From NCBI GenBank assembly GCA_003345545.1, contig PRDH01000003.1, positions 17,413-81,412 of the forward strand: DNA of 64,000 nt, read 5' to 3'. A program made the position numbers and the translations under genes. Within the stretch, counting starts at the first letter, position 1. Each line of letters starts with the position of its first letter. The notes under the pieces are model-generated. The model was not told the origin of the DNA. It saw only the letters and a list, made by a program, of their open reading frames with translations, and did no database searches. Shown here piece after piece: positions 19,528 through 27,992 of this stretch. This DNA comes from Candidatus Thorarchaeota archaeon. GTDB lineage: Archaea > Asgardarchaeota > Thorarchaeia > Thorarchaeales > Thorarchaeaceae.

Positions 19528-20272
19528 GATCATTTCAATACACAGTTTTCGTGGAGGAACAGGGAAATCGAACATTGCTGCAAATCTTGCAGCATATGCT
19601 GCGTTGCAGGGAAAAAAGGTAGCAGTCATGGATACTGACATGGCATCACCAGGTATTCATGTTATCTTTGGCCTAGGCCGAGAGAAATTGAAGTATACGC
19701 TCAACGACTATCTAAGGGGTTCATGTGATATCACTGATGCTTGTATCGATCTGACAAGTCGTTTAGATATCAAGGGGGGAGGAAAGCTCTTCCTTATTCC
19801 AAGCTCTATGACTGCCACTGATATCACTCGAATTCTGAGAGAAGGCTACGAGGTAGGAGATCTCAAGAAGGGCTTCACTGACGTGATTAAGGCAAAAGAT
19901 CTTGACTATCTCATTATTGACACGCACCCCGGGTTGGACAGAGAAACCCTACTATCAATGGCAACAGCACACTATCTTTTCGTTGTGGCAAGAATAGATG
20001 AACAGGACCTCCTGGGAACAGCCGCAACATTGAGCGTCGCAAGAAAACTCCAGGTTCCTGAGATTCGAATTATCATCAACAAGAAACCAGGTATCTACGA
20101 GGATAAGGCGATTACCTCTGAAGTTGAATCAAAATTCAAAGCCCGAGTCGCTACAATCATTCCGCTTCTTCCCCTGTTGATAGAAGTCGGTAGTCGCTTC
20201 GTGGTCATTTTGAGATATCCAGAAAACGAATTCGCAAAGAACATTGATGACATCTACAGAATGATTCTGTAG
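19517..20272 (+). CDS. MinD/ParA family ATPase
   Basis: SFRGGTGKSN deviant Walker A, VMDTDMASPG, YLIIDTHPG, IIINK. Overlaps the upstream gene by 11 nt. Confidence 0.9.
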   Translation: MSGKIISIHSFRGGTGKSNIAANLAAYAALQGKKVAVMDTDMASPGIHVIFGLGREKLKYTLNDYLRGSCDITDACIDLTSRLDIKGGGKLFLIPSSMTATDITRILREGYEVGDLKKGFTDVIKAKDLDYLIIDTHPGLDRETLLSMATAHYLFVVARIDEQDLLGTAATLSVARKLQVPEIRIIINKKPGIYEDKAITSEVESKFKARVATIIPLLPLLIEVGSRFVVILRYPENEFAKNIDDIYRMIL

Positions 20273-20292
20273 GCTATTAGCCGAATAGCCTA
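20270..20292. terminator. Perfect 9-bp hairpin spanning two convergent stop codons
   Basis: TAGGCTATT-agccg-AATAGCCTA. Confidence 0.4.
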
Positions 20293-20393
20293 GGAGCCTG
20301 AATGATGATCACCGCAAGGACTAGAATTATGAAGCACACTAGGAGAAGGAAAAAGAGAAGGGAATCGGTCTTTGATTGATGCTCGTACGTCAT
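20277..20393 (-). CDS. 38-aa single-TM microprotein (not in ORF track)
   Basis: MTYEHQSKTDSLLFFLLLVCFIILVLAVIIIQAPRLFG*. It has a clean 20-residue hydrophobic helix and fills the gap. Confidence 0.55.
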   Translation of the reverse strand: MTYEHQSKTDSLLFFLLLVCFIILVLAVIIIQAPRLFG

Positions 20394-20503
20394 CGCAATC
20401 CGATGTAGCAGCAACATAATTAACTCTTACTCCAAGTCTACAGCTGTAGAACTTCTAATAGGTCTGTTCCAGTAGATGAAATAGAGCTTGGAGGATGAAT
20501 GTA

Positions 20504-20968
20504 ATGGTCATTGATGTGAAACTTGCTACTGCTCAAGACCGTTCTGCATTGGATCAGTTGTATGCACGGGAGGGACACAGCTTTCAGAAACTCGCAGCTC
20601 TAGCAGCATGTACTCCTGTGGGCGGGATTCTCGAAACGATATTTGTTGTGGCGTGTGCCAATGACATGGTCGTGGCAGCACTAAAACTCGATGTTGGGAA
20701 TGACCCCGAGTTGGGCAGGATTGGAGTCATACAGCATTTCGAGGTCGAGGATAATCTCGAAGACACTGACTTAGAATGGAAGATGCTCAACAAAGTAGTC
20801 GAGATTGCAGAGGATAAGAGGCTTCGAGCTCTTGACACACTCATTAACGAGTTTTGAAAAAAGACAATCAATCTCTATGCGCAACTTGGTTTTGAAGAGG
20901 AGCGAAAGGAAGTGTATCTTAGGAAGGATTTCAGGCCACGAGTATCCCAGCTTATCCCGAAACTATAG
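20504..20968 (+). pseudogene. GNAT acetyltransferase interrupted by in-frame TGA at 20855-20857
   Basis: The frame continues after TGA as KKTINLYAQLGFEEERKEVYLRKDF, the GNAT C-terminal LYxxxGF motif. SD GGAGG favours ATG 20504. Confidence 0.7.
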
Positions 20969-22778
20969 AAGATAGGCCTAGCGATTCTACTGTTTCTCTT
21001 GTCGGGACTCCTTTGTTGTTCCAGCCCCGTAGCGCATAGTACTTCTCCAAACACTCCTCAAAATCGTTGTGACTAATGTATGCCTTCATGCCCTTCGAAG
21101 GACCTATAGTTTCCTCCTGCCAGAACTTGGGAGGAAGGATATCATTAGCTCTGGTTATACCTTCGCGCAAATTGAACAAGCGTGTGAGAGTCTCCACTCT
21201 CTGACCAAATCGGGATATGCTCTCATCAGTGTAATTCAGGCCAGTTGCCCCATTCACCAGTCTGACCTTCTGTTCCCTAGACATGGGAAAGTGCCAAGTG
21301 AAGTGGCACACAACCATGGAGTCCGTGAGCGTCTTTGTATCTCGCTCCCAGACCATTGACTCTACTACATCTAGGGCTGAGGAATTTGGCTTTTCGGCGG
21401 TCTGAGGCCAGCCTCGTAGATGGCTTGCGCCTACGTCGCCCGTGGCATATGTAAGACCAAGGCCTTTCTTTCCCCGAGGGTCCCAGGCAGCTGCTTCAAG
21501 GCCCTTTACGTGTACTGCAAGGTCCCCACTTCCGCGTCCGATTTCCTCTGCAGCTCTTTGGGTTCCCTTGGCAAGGATTCCGCCGAAACCTTCCCTGAAT
21601 GCAATCATCCTCATTAGCCGAAGTGCAGCAGCACTATCTCCAAAACGCAAAGGAAATCCAATATCATCTTCACAAAGGATACCTGTTTCAAACGAATCCA
21701 TCGCGAAGCTAATTGCAGAACCGGTACTGATAGTATCAAGTCCGAGATCATCTGCAAGGTAGTTGAGTTGGAGGACTGCCTGGAATTCATCGATGCCCAG
21801 ACTGCCTCCACACAGTCCCAAGGTTTCGTACTCGACTGTAGATTCGACAACGACGCCTGGATTGCTTGGATCTTCTGTCTTGTATGCATGGGTACAACGC
21901 ATGATACAATGCGGGCAAGAGAGATGGTCTCCAGCGGCCAACTCAGGGTAGTTCTCTGGCATGAGTAGTCTATAGTCTTCAAAGTAGCTATTACGCCAGT
22001 TTCTTGTTGGAAACTGTCCTCGTTCATTAGCTACCTCAACAAGAGAACCAGTTCCGTAGTACTTGAAGTCGTCATCTGTCTTTTCCTTCCAAATTGCCGC
22101 GACAGATCGATTTACTTCACGCAGGGCGCTTGGGTCGTGAGCTACCATTCTGTGCGTGCCTCTTGCAGCAATGCCCTTCAGATTCTTCGAACCAAGAACA
22201 GCGCCGACTCCGCCTCGTCCGGTCTGATGAGCTAGTTCACAGCAGCCCGTAGCAGTGAGTACCATGTTTTCACCTGCAGGTCCAATCACATAGACAGCGG
22301 ATTCTCTTGCTGAGGATTCATGGATCAGTTTTGTCGCTTCTTGAGTTCCTTTGCCCCAAAGAACCTGAGCTTCATTGAATTGAACAACGTCGTCTTCAAT
22401 ACTCAACCAAATAGGTGTGTCCGATTTGCCACTCACTGCAAGCACATCATAGCCAGAGTTCTTGATCTCGCGGCCGAGAGCTCCACCACAGTGTGAATCA
22501 ATGAAGAGTCCTGTCAGTGGTGATTTTGTTATGAGAGACCACCTACCTACGTTGGGAGCAGGCAATCCTTGGAGTGGACCTGTCATGAAGAACAGCACAT
22601 TCCTCGGTCCCAATGGGTCAATACCTGCGGGGAGCTCACGGTATAACAAGTAAGCACCAAGCCCCTTTCCTCCGATGAAGTCTTCGTACGACTTCGATGG
22701 CAACTCCTCAATTCTAGTCATTCTATCAGTCAGGTCGACCCAGAGTGTCTTGCCATTCCAGCCTTTGTACCTCATCAT
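20952..22778 (-). CDS. aor: Tungsten-dependent aldehyde:ferredoxin oxidoreductase family protein
   Basis: KSPLTG..DSHCGG, GRGGVGAVLGSKNLK, CPHCIMRC, EYET, DDLGLDTIS, WDPRG, GASHL, YYALRGW. Confidence 0.92.
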   Translation of the reverse strand: MMRYKGWNGKTLWVDLTDRMTRIEELPSKSYEDFIGGKGLGAYLLYRELPAGIDPLGPRNVLFFMTGPLQGLPAPNVGRWSLITKSPLTGLFIDSHCGGALGREIKNSGYDVLAVSGKSDTPIWLSIEDDVVQFNEAQVLWGKGTQEATKLIHESSARESAVYVIGPAGENMVLTATGCCELAHQTGRGGVGAVLGSKNLKGIAARGTHRMVAHDPSALREVNRSVAAIWKEKTDDDFKYYGTGSLVEVANERGQFPTRNWRNSYFEDYRLLMPENYPELAAGDHLSCPHCIMRCTHAYKTEDPSNPGVVVESTVEYETLGLCGGSLGIDEFQAVLQLNYLADDLGLDTISTGSAISFAMDSFETGILCEDDIGFPLRFGDSAAALRLMRMIAFREGFGGILAKGTQRAAEEIGRGSGDLAVHVKGLEAAAWDPRGKKGLGLTYATGDVGASHLRGWPQTAEKPNSSALDVVESMVWERDTKTLTDSMVVCHFTWHFPMSREQKVRLVNGATGLNYTDESISRFGQRVETLTRLFNLREGITRANDILPPKFWQEETIGPSKGMKAYISHNDFEECLEKYYALRGWNNKGVPTRETVESLGLSSIVSG

Positions 22779-22810
22779 CGGAACCTCAAAGTGCACGCCA
22801 GTGGACCTGC

Positions 22811-22960
22811 TTACTGAATCTCGATCTTTGAAATCGTATCGATATCAACATCTCGAAGATTGTTGAGGAGGGCCATCATGACATCGTTGATTACGCTTGC
22901 TACAAAGTCATTCATAGGGAGTTTCTTACCCTTGACGTATACTTCGATATTTCTAGCCAT
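22811..22960 (-). CDS. 49-aa protein resembling the C-terminal extension of archaeal MobB (not in ORF track)
   Basis: MARNIEVYVKGKKLPMNDFVASVINDVMMALLNNLRDVDIDTISKIEIQ*. SD GGTGA; lies immediately upstream of aor. Confidence 0.75.
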   Translation of the reverse strand: MARNIEVYVKGKKLPMNDFVASVINDVMMALLNNLRDVDIDTISKIEIQ

Positions 22961-23113
22961 GGTAATTCACCAAACGCTCGCTGCAGAATGCATGAGATGG
23001 ATTTCTGTTATTATGCTTTTGCAACAGTCCACGCGTTGTCCATAACGGTTTTATACCACACATCTCCGTTTCTTGCGACTGATGGTAACTATCACCATGA
23101 GAGGAATTACGAA

Positions 23114-25090
23114 ATGGGCCGTATGAGTTCTGCATTCTCTGCTATTGGAAGAAAGAAGACTGAAGGAGAACCAGCTGATATCGTTGGTCGGCTTGCTGGT
23201 ATTGGCAACATATTCGGCATCATCGCTGCTGCTGTCGGCCTTCTGGCTGGAGTTCCTCTAGTCCCGCTCACAGCCACTCCTTGGGAAGTAACCTCCACAG
23301 CGCCAATTCAATGGACTGTTGGGGGCAATGCCATGTATCCAACATTGACAACAGCTTTCATGGGATTGCTAGCCATTGGTCTGCTGCTTCAAGCTCTTGG
23401 CTCTCGGGACTTGCGGGCGCGTCTTGGTACCATTTTCGGATCAGTTCTCTATGCCGCTTTCATTCTTGCCTGTTTCATCGCAGTCTATGCTCTTTTTGGA
23501 TTTCGCAATGTAACCTATCCAGAACTAATAGCAGGATATCTTCAGATAATGTATCTCTTTGGATCCATCTTCGTCATTGCATGGCAGATGGTATCCGTCC
23601 TCTATGTCGATTCGAGTAAGACTTGGCTGGGTTTTGGCGCAGGTATGCTCAACGGTATGTTCATTCCAATACTTGCACTTGGTCAGGTGCTCGGCTCCTC
23701 GCTTACATACATTGCCTATGGCATCCTACTCGTCGGTCAGCTAATGTCAGTATCGTTCTGGTGGGCACCTCACTCCACCATAAGGGAATTCGCTAGAAGT
23801 CCAAGTAAGGCGAAATTCGCCTTTGGACTGAGTGGGTTCTTGACTTTCCTAATTGGCTCAGCGGCTGTATTCATTGGTCCAATAGCAGAACACCCTTCAG
23901 GGGGATTGATATGGCGTCCGTGGAGCACAACAGCACCCTACAACACGTTACTCTATGACTCTCCGATTGAATATGTAACGAACCCAGCACTCGTTTTCGG
24001 TTTTCTTGCAGCAATGGTATTTTGGCTCACGCTCTCCCCGAGGCTTGGCGCAAAGGAATTGAAGACCACAATGATAGGTGACGACATCATCAAGGGAGGA
24101 AGTAAGTGGCTTGCTATCTTCTTGGCAATGATTGGTGTTCTTGCTTGTGGCCAAGCAGGTACGTTTTCGGAGGGTGTAGGTTCGTGGGGATTCTTCATTG
24201 TCATCGGTCCTGCAGGTGCAATGATTCTCATTGGGGCACTCTACACTGCCAAGACGGACATTATAACGGGCTTTCCGCTCATAATTGCGGGAGCCCTTAC
24301 AATGGTCAGTCCATTTTCACTGGGAATTATAATCACCGTTGCGTGGGCTATGGTCATCCTAACACAGCTTTTCCTGATGATTGAGAGCCTTGTGCGCGGG
24401 CTGACTGGATTCAGTCAAGGAGCGCTCTCAGTCGTAATGAGCCTGCTGGCATCGGTGGCCATCATCGCCTTCATTCTCGGGGCATTCGGTAGCGGACCAC
24501 TGGCTCTTTGGCCAACAAACAGATGGTTCAATATCTCCCTAATACCTGGAATCTCTCCCGAGATTCAATCATCTGTAGTCATTATTCTGCCTTTTCTTAT
24601 GCTACTTCTCAGGAATGCTGCACTCACAGGATTCGCTCATGGTAGAGGATATACCACCGGGGGCATCTTGATGGGCATCACAGCGCTGTTTGCACTGATG
24701 ATTCCCGTCATCGCAGGGAATGTCACAGTGACACATGAAGCTAATACTGGAGCCGCATTGATGCTTGCACTCTATTCAGTGAGCGTTGCATTGATAATGT
24801 CCTTGAATCTGAACCTGGCAAATGATGTCGAAGAACGGGGACATTCGTTCGAAGGCACATTCATCAAAGTTGCCACTATTGCACAAGTTGTCCTTGCGGC
24901 ACTTGCAGCGATACTCGTGATAATCAGTTTCAGTGGCATTCCAACAGCGCAGGATATTGCATTAGTGATATCGATTTTCGTGACCTTCATGGTAGGTACT
25001 GAGATCCTTTCAGTAGTTGGATGGCTGATCGCTGGCATTAGGCTTGGCCTTCTAAGAGAGGGTTTCAGATTCCAAAGAATCGAAACATGA
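23114..25090 (+). CDS. Large polytopic membrane protein of unknown function (~18 TM)
   Basis: Almost entirely hydrophobic helices. SD GAGGA precedes ATG 23114, with TTTTATA upstream near 23049. Confidence 0.75.
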   Translation: MGRMSSAFSAIGRKKTEGEPADIVGRLAGIGNIFGIIAAAVGLLAGVPLVPLTATPWEVTSTAPIQWTVGGNAMYPTLTTAFMGLLAIGLLLQALGSRDLRARLGTIFGSVLYAAFILACFIAVYALFGFRNVTYPELIAGYLQIMYLFGSIFVIAWQMVSVLYVDSSKTWLGFGAGMLNGMFIPILALGQVLGSSLTYIAYGILLVGQLMSVSFWWAPHSTIREFARSPSKAKFAFGLSGFLTFLIGSAAVFIGPIAEHPSGGLIWRPWSTTAPYNTLLYDSPIEYVTNPALVFGFLAAMVFWLTLSPRLGAKELKTTMIGDDIIKGGSKWLAIFLAMIGVLACGQAGTFSEGVGSWGFFIVIGPAGAMILIGALYTAKTDIITGFPLIIAGALTMVSPFSLGIIITVAWAMVILTQLFLMIESLVRGLTGFSQGALSVVMSLLASVAIIAFILGAFGSGPLALWPTNRWFNISLIPGISPEIQSSVVIILPFLMLLLRNAALTGFAHGRGYTTGGILMGITALFALMIPVIAGNVTVTHEANTGAALMLALYSVSVALIMSLNLNLANDVEERGHSFEGTFIKVATIAQVVLAALAAILVIISFSGIPTAQDIALVISIFVTFMVGTEILSVVGWLIAGIRLGLLREGFRFQRIET

Positions 25091-25129
25091 GAAATCCATT
25101 GTCCTAGGATTCCCGAGAGGTAATCGACT

Positions 25130-25883
25130 ATGGCTCTTCAGGTGGCAGGCGTCGAAACAAGGCCTCGGTGAGCCTCTGTGGCTTTTCTGCTGGTGCATGG
25201 ATTCTCCGCGGCACCCGATGAGCTCAGAACACTGGCTCAGTTTCTTGAGAGCCAGAACATTGCGTCCTTCGCAGTTCGGGTCGCAGGTCATAGTACGAGT
25301 CCTGATGATTTGAAGAGAAACACTTGGTCTGATTGGTACAATTCAGTTAGGGATGGATTCACCCTTGTGAAATCATGGAATCCAATTCATCTTCTAGTTG
25401 CAGGTTTCTCCATGGGAGGAGCATTGTCAGTATTACTGGCCTACGACGTGAGAGGTGTTGACGGCCTTGTTCTTCTGGCTCCAGCTCTGAAAATCGGCGG
25501 AGTTCTTCCCAAGTTAGTTCCATTACTCAAACATTTTGTGAGCGACCGAGAAGTTGACTTCGTGAGGGCGCAGGAGCCCTATGAAATCAAGAGAACCAAA
25601 TACTCACGTGAACCGGTTTCTACATACCACGAGCTGTTCAAGCTACAGAAGAAAGCTCGTCAGAATCTCAGAAGAATCACTATTCCTACTGTTATCATTC
25701 AGGGAACCAATGACAGGACGATAAATCCACGAAATGGATAGGCTGCTTACAATGGTATCGGATTTCAAGAAAAAACTGTATATAATTGACTGTGCGGAGC
25801 ACGTTATTCCATGCCATTGGACTAGAGCAAGAGCATACCCCTTGAGTCAGAAGTTTGTTGAGGAAATCGTAACGAAGACTTAG
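25130..25883 (+). pseudogene. Alpha/beta-hydrolase (Est30/YvaK-like carboxylesterase) with two in-frame stops and a frameshift
   Basis: HGF, GFSMGG nucleophile elbow and QGTND. TGA at 25169 and TAG at 25739. A frameshift near the A-run at 25770-25775 restores LYIIDCAEHVIP, which contains the catalytic His. Confidence 0.75.
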
Positions 25884-26584
25884 GCTGAGAATCTTCTCAG
25901 TGCATCTAGTCCAATATTAGGGAAATCAGTAATCATGCCATCGACCTCAAGTCGAAGGAGTTCGGACATTCTTGAGGAATCATTAACAGTCCAAGGATGG
26001 ATTTTCAGCGAGTTTCCATGAGCCTCTTTCACCAGATCATGCGTGACTAATGAATGAAGAGGATTCATCGCATTTGCTCCAAGGTCAACGACGTAGGGAA
26101 TCAACCCATCCATTGGTTTGGCAATCAGGGCACCGGTGCAAACATCCTGATTGAGTTCCTTCATAGCAAGAAGGGATCCATGGTAGAAGGATGACACAAC
26201 AATGCTATCAAGCATACTTCTATCGGTCACCAAATCAAGGACATTCTTCTCTACACCAAGGGCTTTCAACTCAATATTCACACTCATATGGCCACGGGCC
26301 AGATCAAGAACTTCGCCGAGCAGGGGGATTCTCTCGCCTCGGCCAGCATCAAGTCTCCGGATCTCACGCAGAGTCATCTCCGCCACAATCCCAGAACCAT
26401 TTGTTGTCCGGTCCACAGAACTGTCGTGTATGCATACTAGATGACCATCAAGAGTTTCATGGATATCAAGCTCGATCATCGGTACTCCCAAATCCAGAGC
26501 TGTGCGATAAGATAGCATTGTATTCTCCGGAGCTAACCCTGCAGCACCTCGATGTCCAATAATCAAGCATTCCTGCAATACCAA
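25880..26584 (-). CDS. Glycerophosphodiester phosphodiesterase (GDPD/UgpQ)
   Basis: IGHRGA..PENT, ELDIH, HD..VDRTT, NIELK, WTVND, GMITDFP. Confidence 0.93.
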   Translation of the reverse strand: MVLQECLIIGHRGAAGLAPENTMLSYRTALDLGVPMIELDIHETLDGHLVCIHDSSVDRTTNGSGIVAEMTLREIRRLDAGRGERIPLLGEVLDLARGHMSVNIELKALGVEKNVLDLVTDRSMLDSIVVSSFYHGSLLAMKELNQDVCTGALIAKPMDGLIPYVVDLGANAMNPLHSLVTHDLVKEAHGNSLKIHPWTVNDSSRMSELLRLEVDGMITDFPNIGLDALRRFSA

Positions 26585-26603
26585 TCACCCCGCCGAACTT
26601 GTA

Positions 26604-26891
26604 TCATTCGTCTTCTGGAGTAATGCCTGTTCCTCCGCAACGAGGGCAAGTCTCACCGCCGACACTCCCACTGCCCTTACAATAGTAACAGCCCTTGCGT
26701 TGCACTTCCATCGACTTGTCAACGCCTTTTGATACTGCGACCCCAAGAGCAATCAGTACGACGCCTGCGAACATGCCCAGTAATGAAGGAACGTAGTAAA
26801 GCTCAGATAATGGCAGCACGATGAAGAGTGAGACCAAAAAGACCAACACACCAATGAAGCCGAGCCCGAAACCGATTTTCAATCGTTCCAT
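26604..26891 (-). CDS. Small 2-TM protein with DnaJ-type CxxCxGxG zinc finger
   Basis: Two TM helices followed by CYYCKGSG..CPRCGGTG. Confidence 0.75.
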   Translation of the reverse strand: MERLKIGFGLGFIGVLVFLVSLFIVLPLSELYYVPSLLGMFAGVVLIALGVAVSKGVDKSMEVQRKGCYYCKGSGSVGGETCPRCGGTGITPEDE

Positions 26892-27074
26892 CCGGATATC
26901 CCACTTAGATCAGTCATTTCGGACTGAGTTGAATCACACCTAGAACGCACTCTCTCTCTCCCTCTAATAGATTGTGGCGCAACAAGATTGTCCACCTCTA
27001 TTGGCGAAGAGTCCAACCCTAAGAGATAATAGCAGAGAACACATCAGATGCTCTAGTGCGGGAGATAGGACACG

Positions 27075-27992
27075 ATGTCGAGAACTGACCTCTTTTCAAG
27101 ATATACACAGCTATACGCCAAGGCTCAGGCAAGGGAGATTGTCCCCGCAGGACCATTTGTGCGGCAGCTGACAGATATTCCTCGAAAGCAGTACGACGTG
27201 GGACTATTCTTCAGACCAACACGGACTACCCGAACTGCTCAGCTCTACATCGGCAATCCGATTCCAAGTGAGATATGCGAGCAGGAAGGTTTCTTGGAAA
27301 CCGATGATGCAACCTATCTAAGCAGAACCCTCCTCTCAAAATTCCGGACTCTTGACTTCCTGAGAGTGGTGATCTCTGCTGGAGGAGTGTGTGAGAGCAA
27401 GCAGGAGCGTGTGGATTTTTTAAAGACAGGACAGCGTGTAATTGATGTGATATTGAGGAAGCTGCGTAACGTCATGCATTTGGCTGAGTTTGGGCCCTTT
27501 CGATTTGATAGATGTGTCAAGACATTGAACGAATTCCTTGTAACAGATTTGAAGATGGATGATGTCTCTGTCGAGGCTGCTTCAATCCCGTTTACCGTCG
27601 CAAACCCTCAATACATTCTTCTAGCAGATAATGACCTGATCGTCATCGATGATGAGCCACGAGTTCCGCAAGGGGAATTCTTCCTTGTCGGGGGCCTAGG
27701 ATATACGTTCGACAAGACCGAGGGCGCTGTGAGTGAAGCGCGTCTGTTCAGGTCGACAACAGACTTAAGCCCCCAGGGAATTGATGAGGCCTACATTGAT
27801 AGAATGATCTCGAGAATAACAGAAGACTTTCAGAATAGTCTGCACTCGCTTGTTTTCGCAGACGTCTGGAAGAAGGGCAGCGCAAAACCGATAGGAGTCA
27901 ACTTCGGAGGCGACCTTCTTGTGAAGGCAGAGCCAAGCAGTGAAATATGGGCAGGCGTCTTTGAAGTATATGTGAAGTCACCTAAAGCATAA
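27075..27992 (+). CDS. Hypothetical soluble protein
   Basis: 305-aa ORF with SD AGGA and no recognised motif. Confidence 0.65.
   Translation: MSRTDLFSRYTQLYAKAQAREIVPAGPFVRQLTDIPRKQYDVGLFFRPTRTTRTAQLYIGNPIPSEICEQEGFLETDDATYLSRTLLSKFRTLDFLRVVISAGGVCESKQERVDFLKTGQRVIDVILRKLRNVMHLAEFGPFRFDRCVKTLNEFLVTDLKMDDVSVEAASIPFTVANPQYILLADNDLIVIDDEPRVPQGEFFLVGGLGYTFDKTEGAVSEARLFRSTTDLSPQGIDEAYIDRMISRITEDFQNSLHSLVFADVWKKGSAKPIGVNFGGDLLVKAEPSSEIWAGVFEVYVKSPKA

Noticed and set aside
20855-25741. Genome-wide stop-codon reassignment (TGA/TAG) suggested by in-frame stops
   Set aside because: Many intact genes here end in TGA (e.g. ribA, GDE homolog, PadR) or TAG (e.g. tbp, asnS, arsM) at their expected C-termini, and the esterase also has a frameshift.
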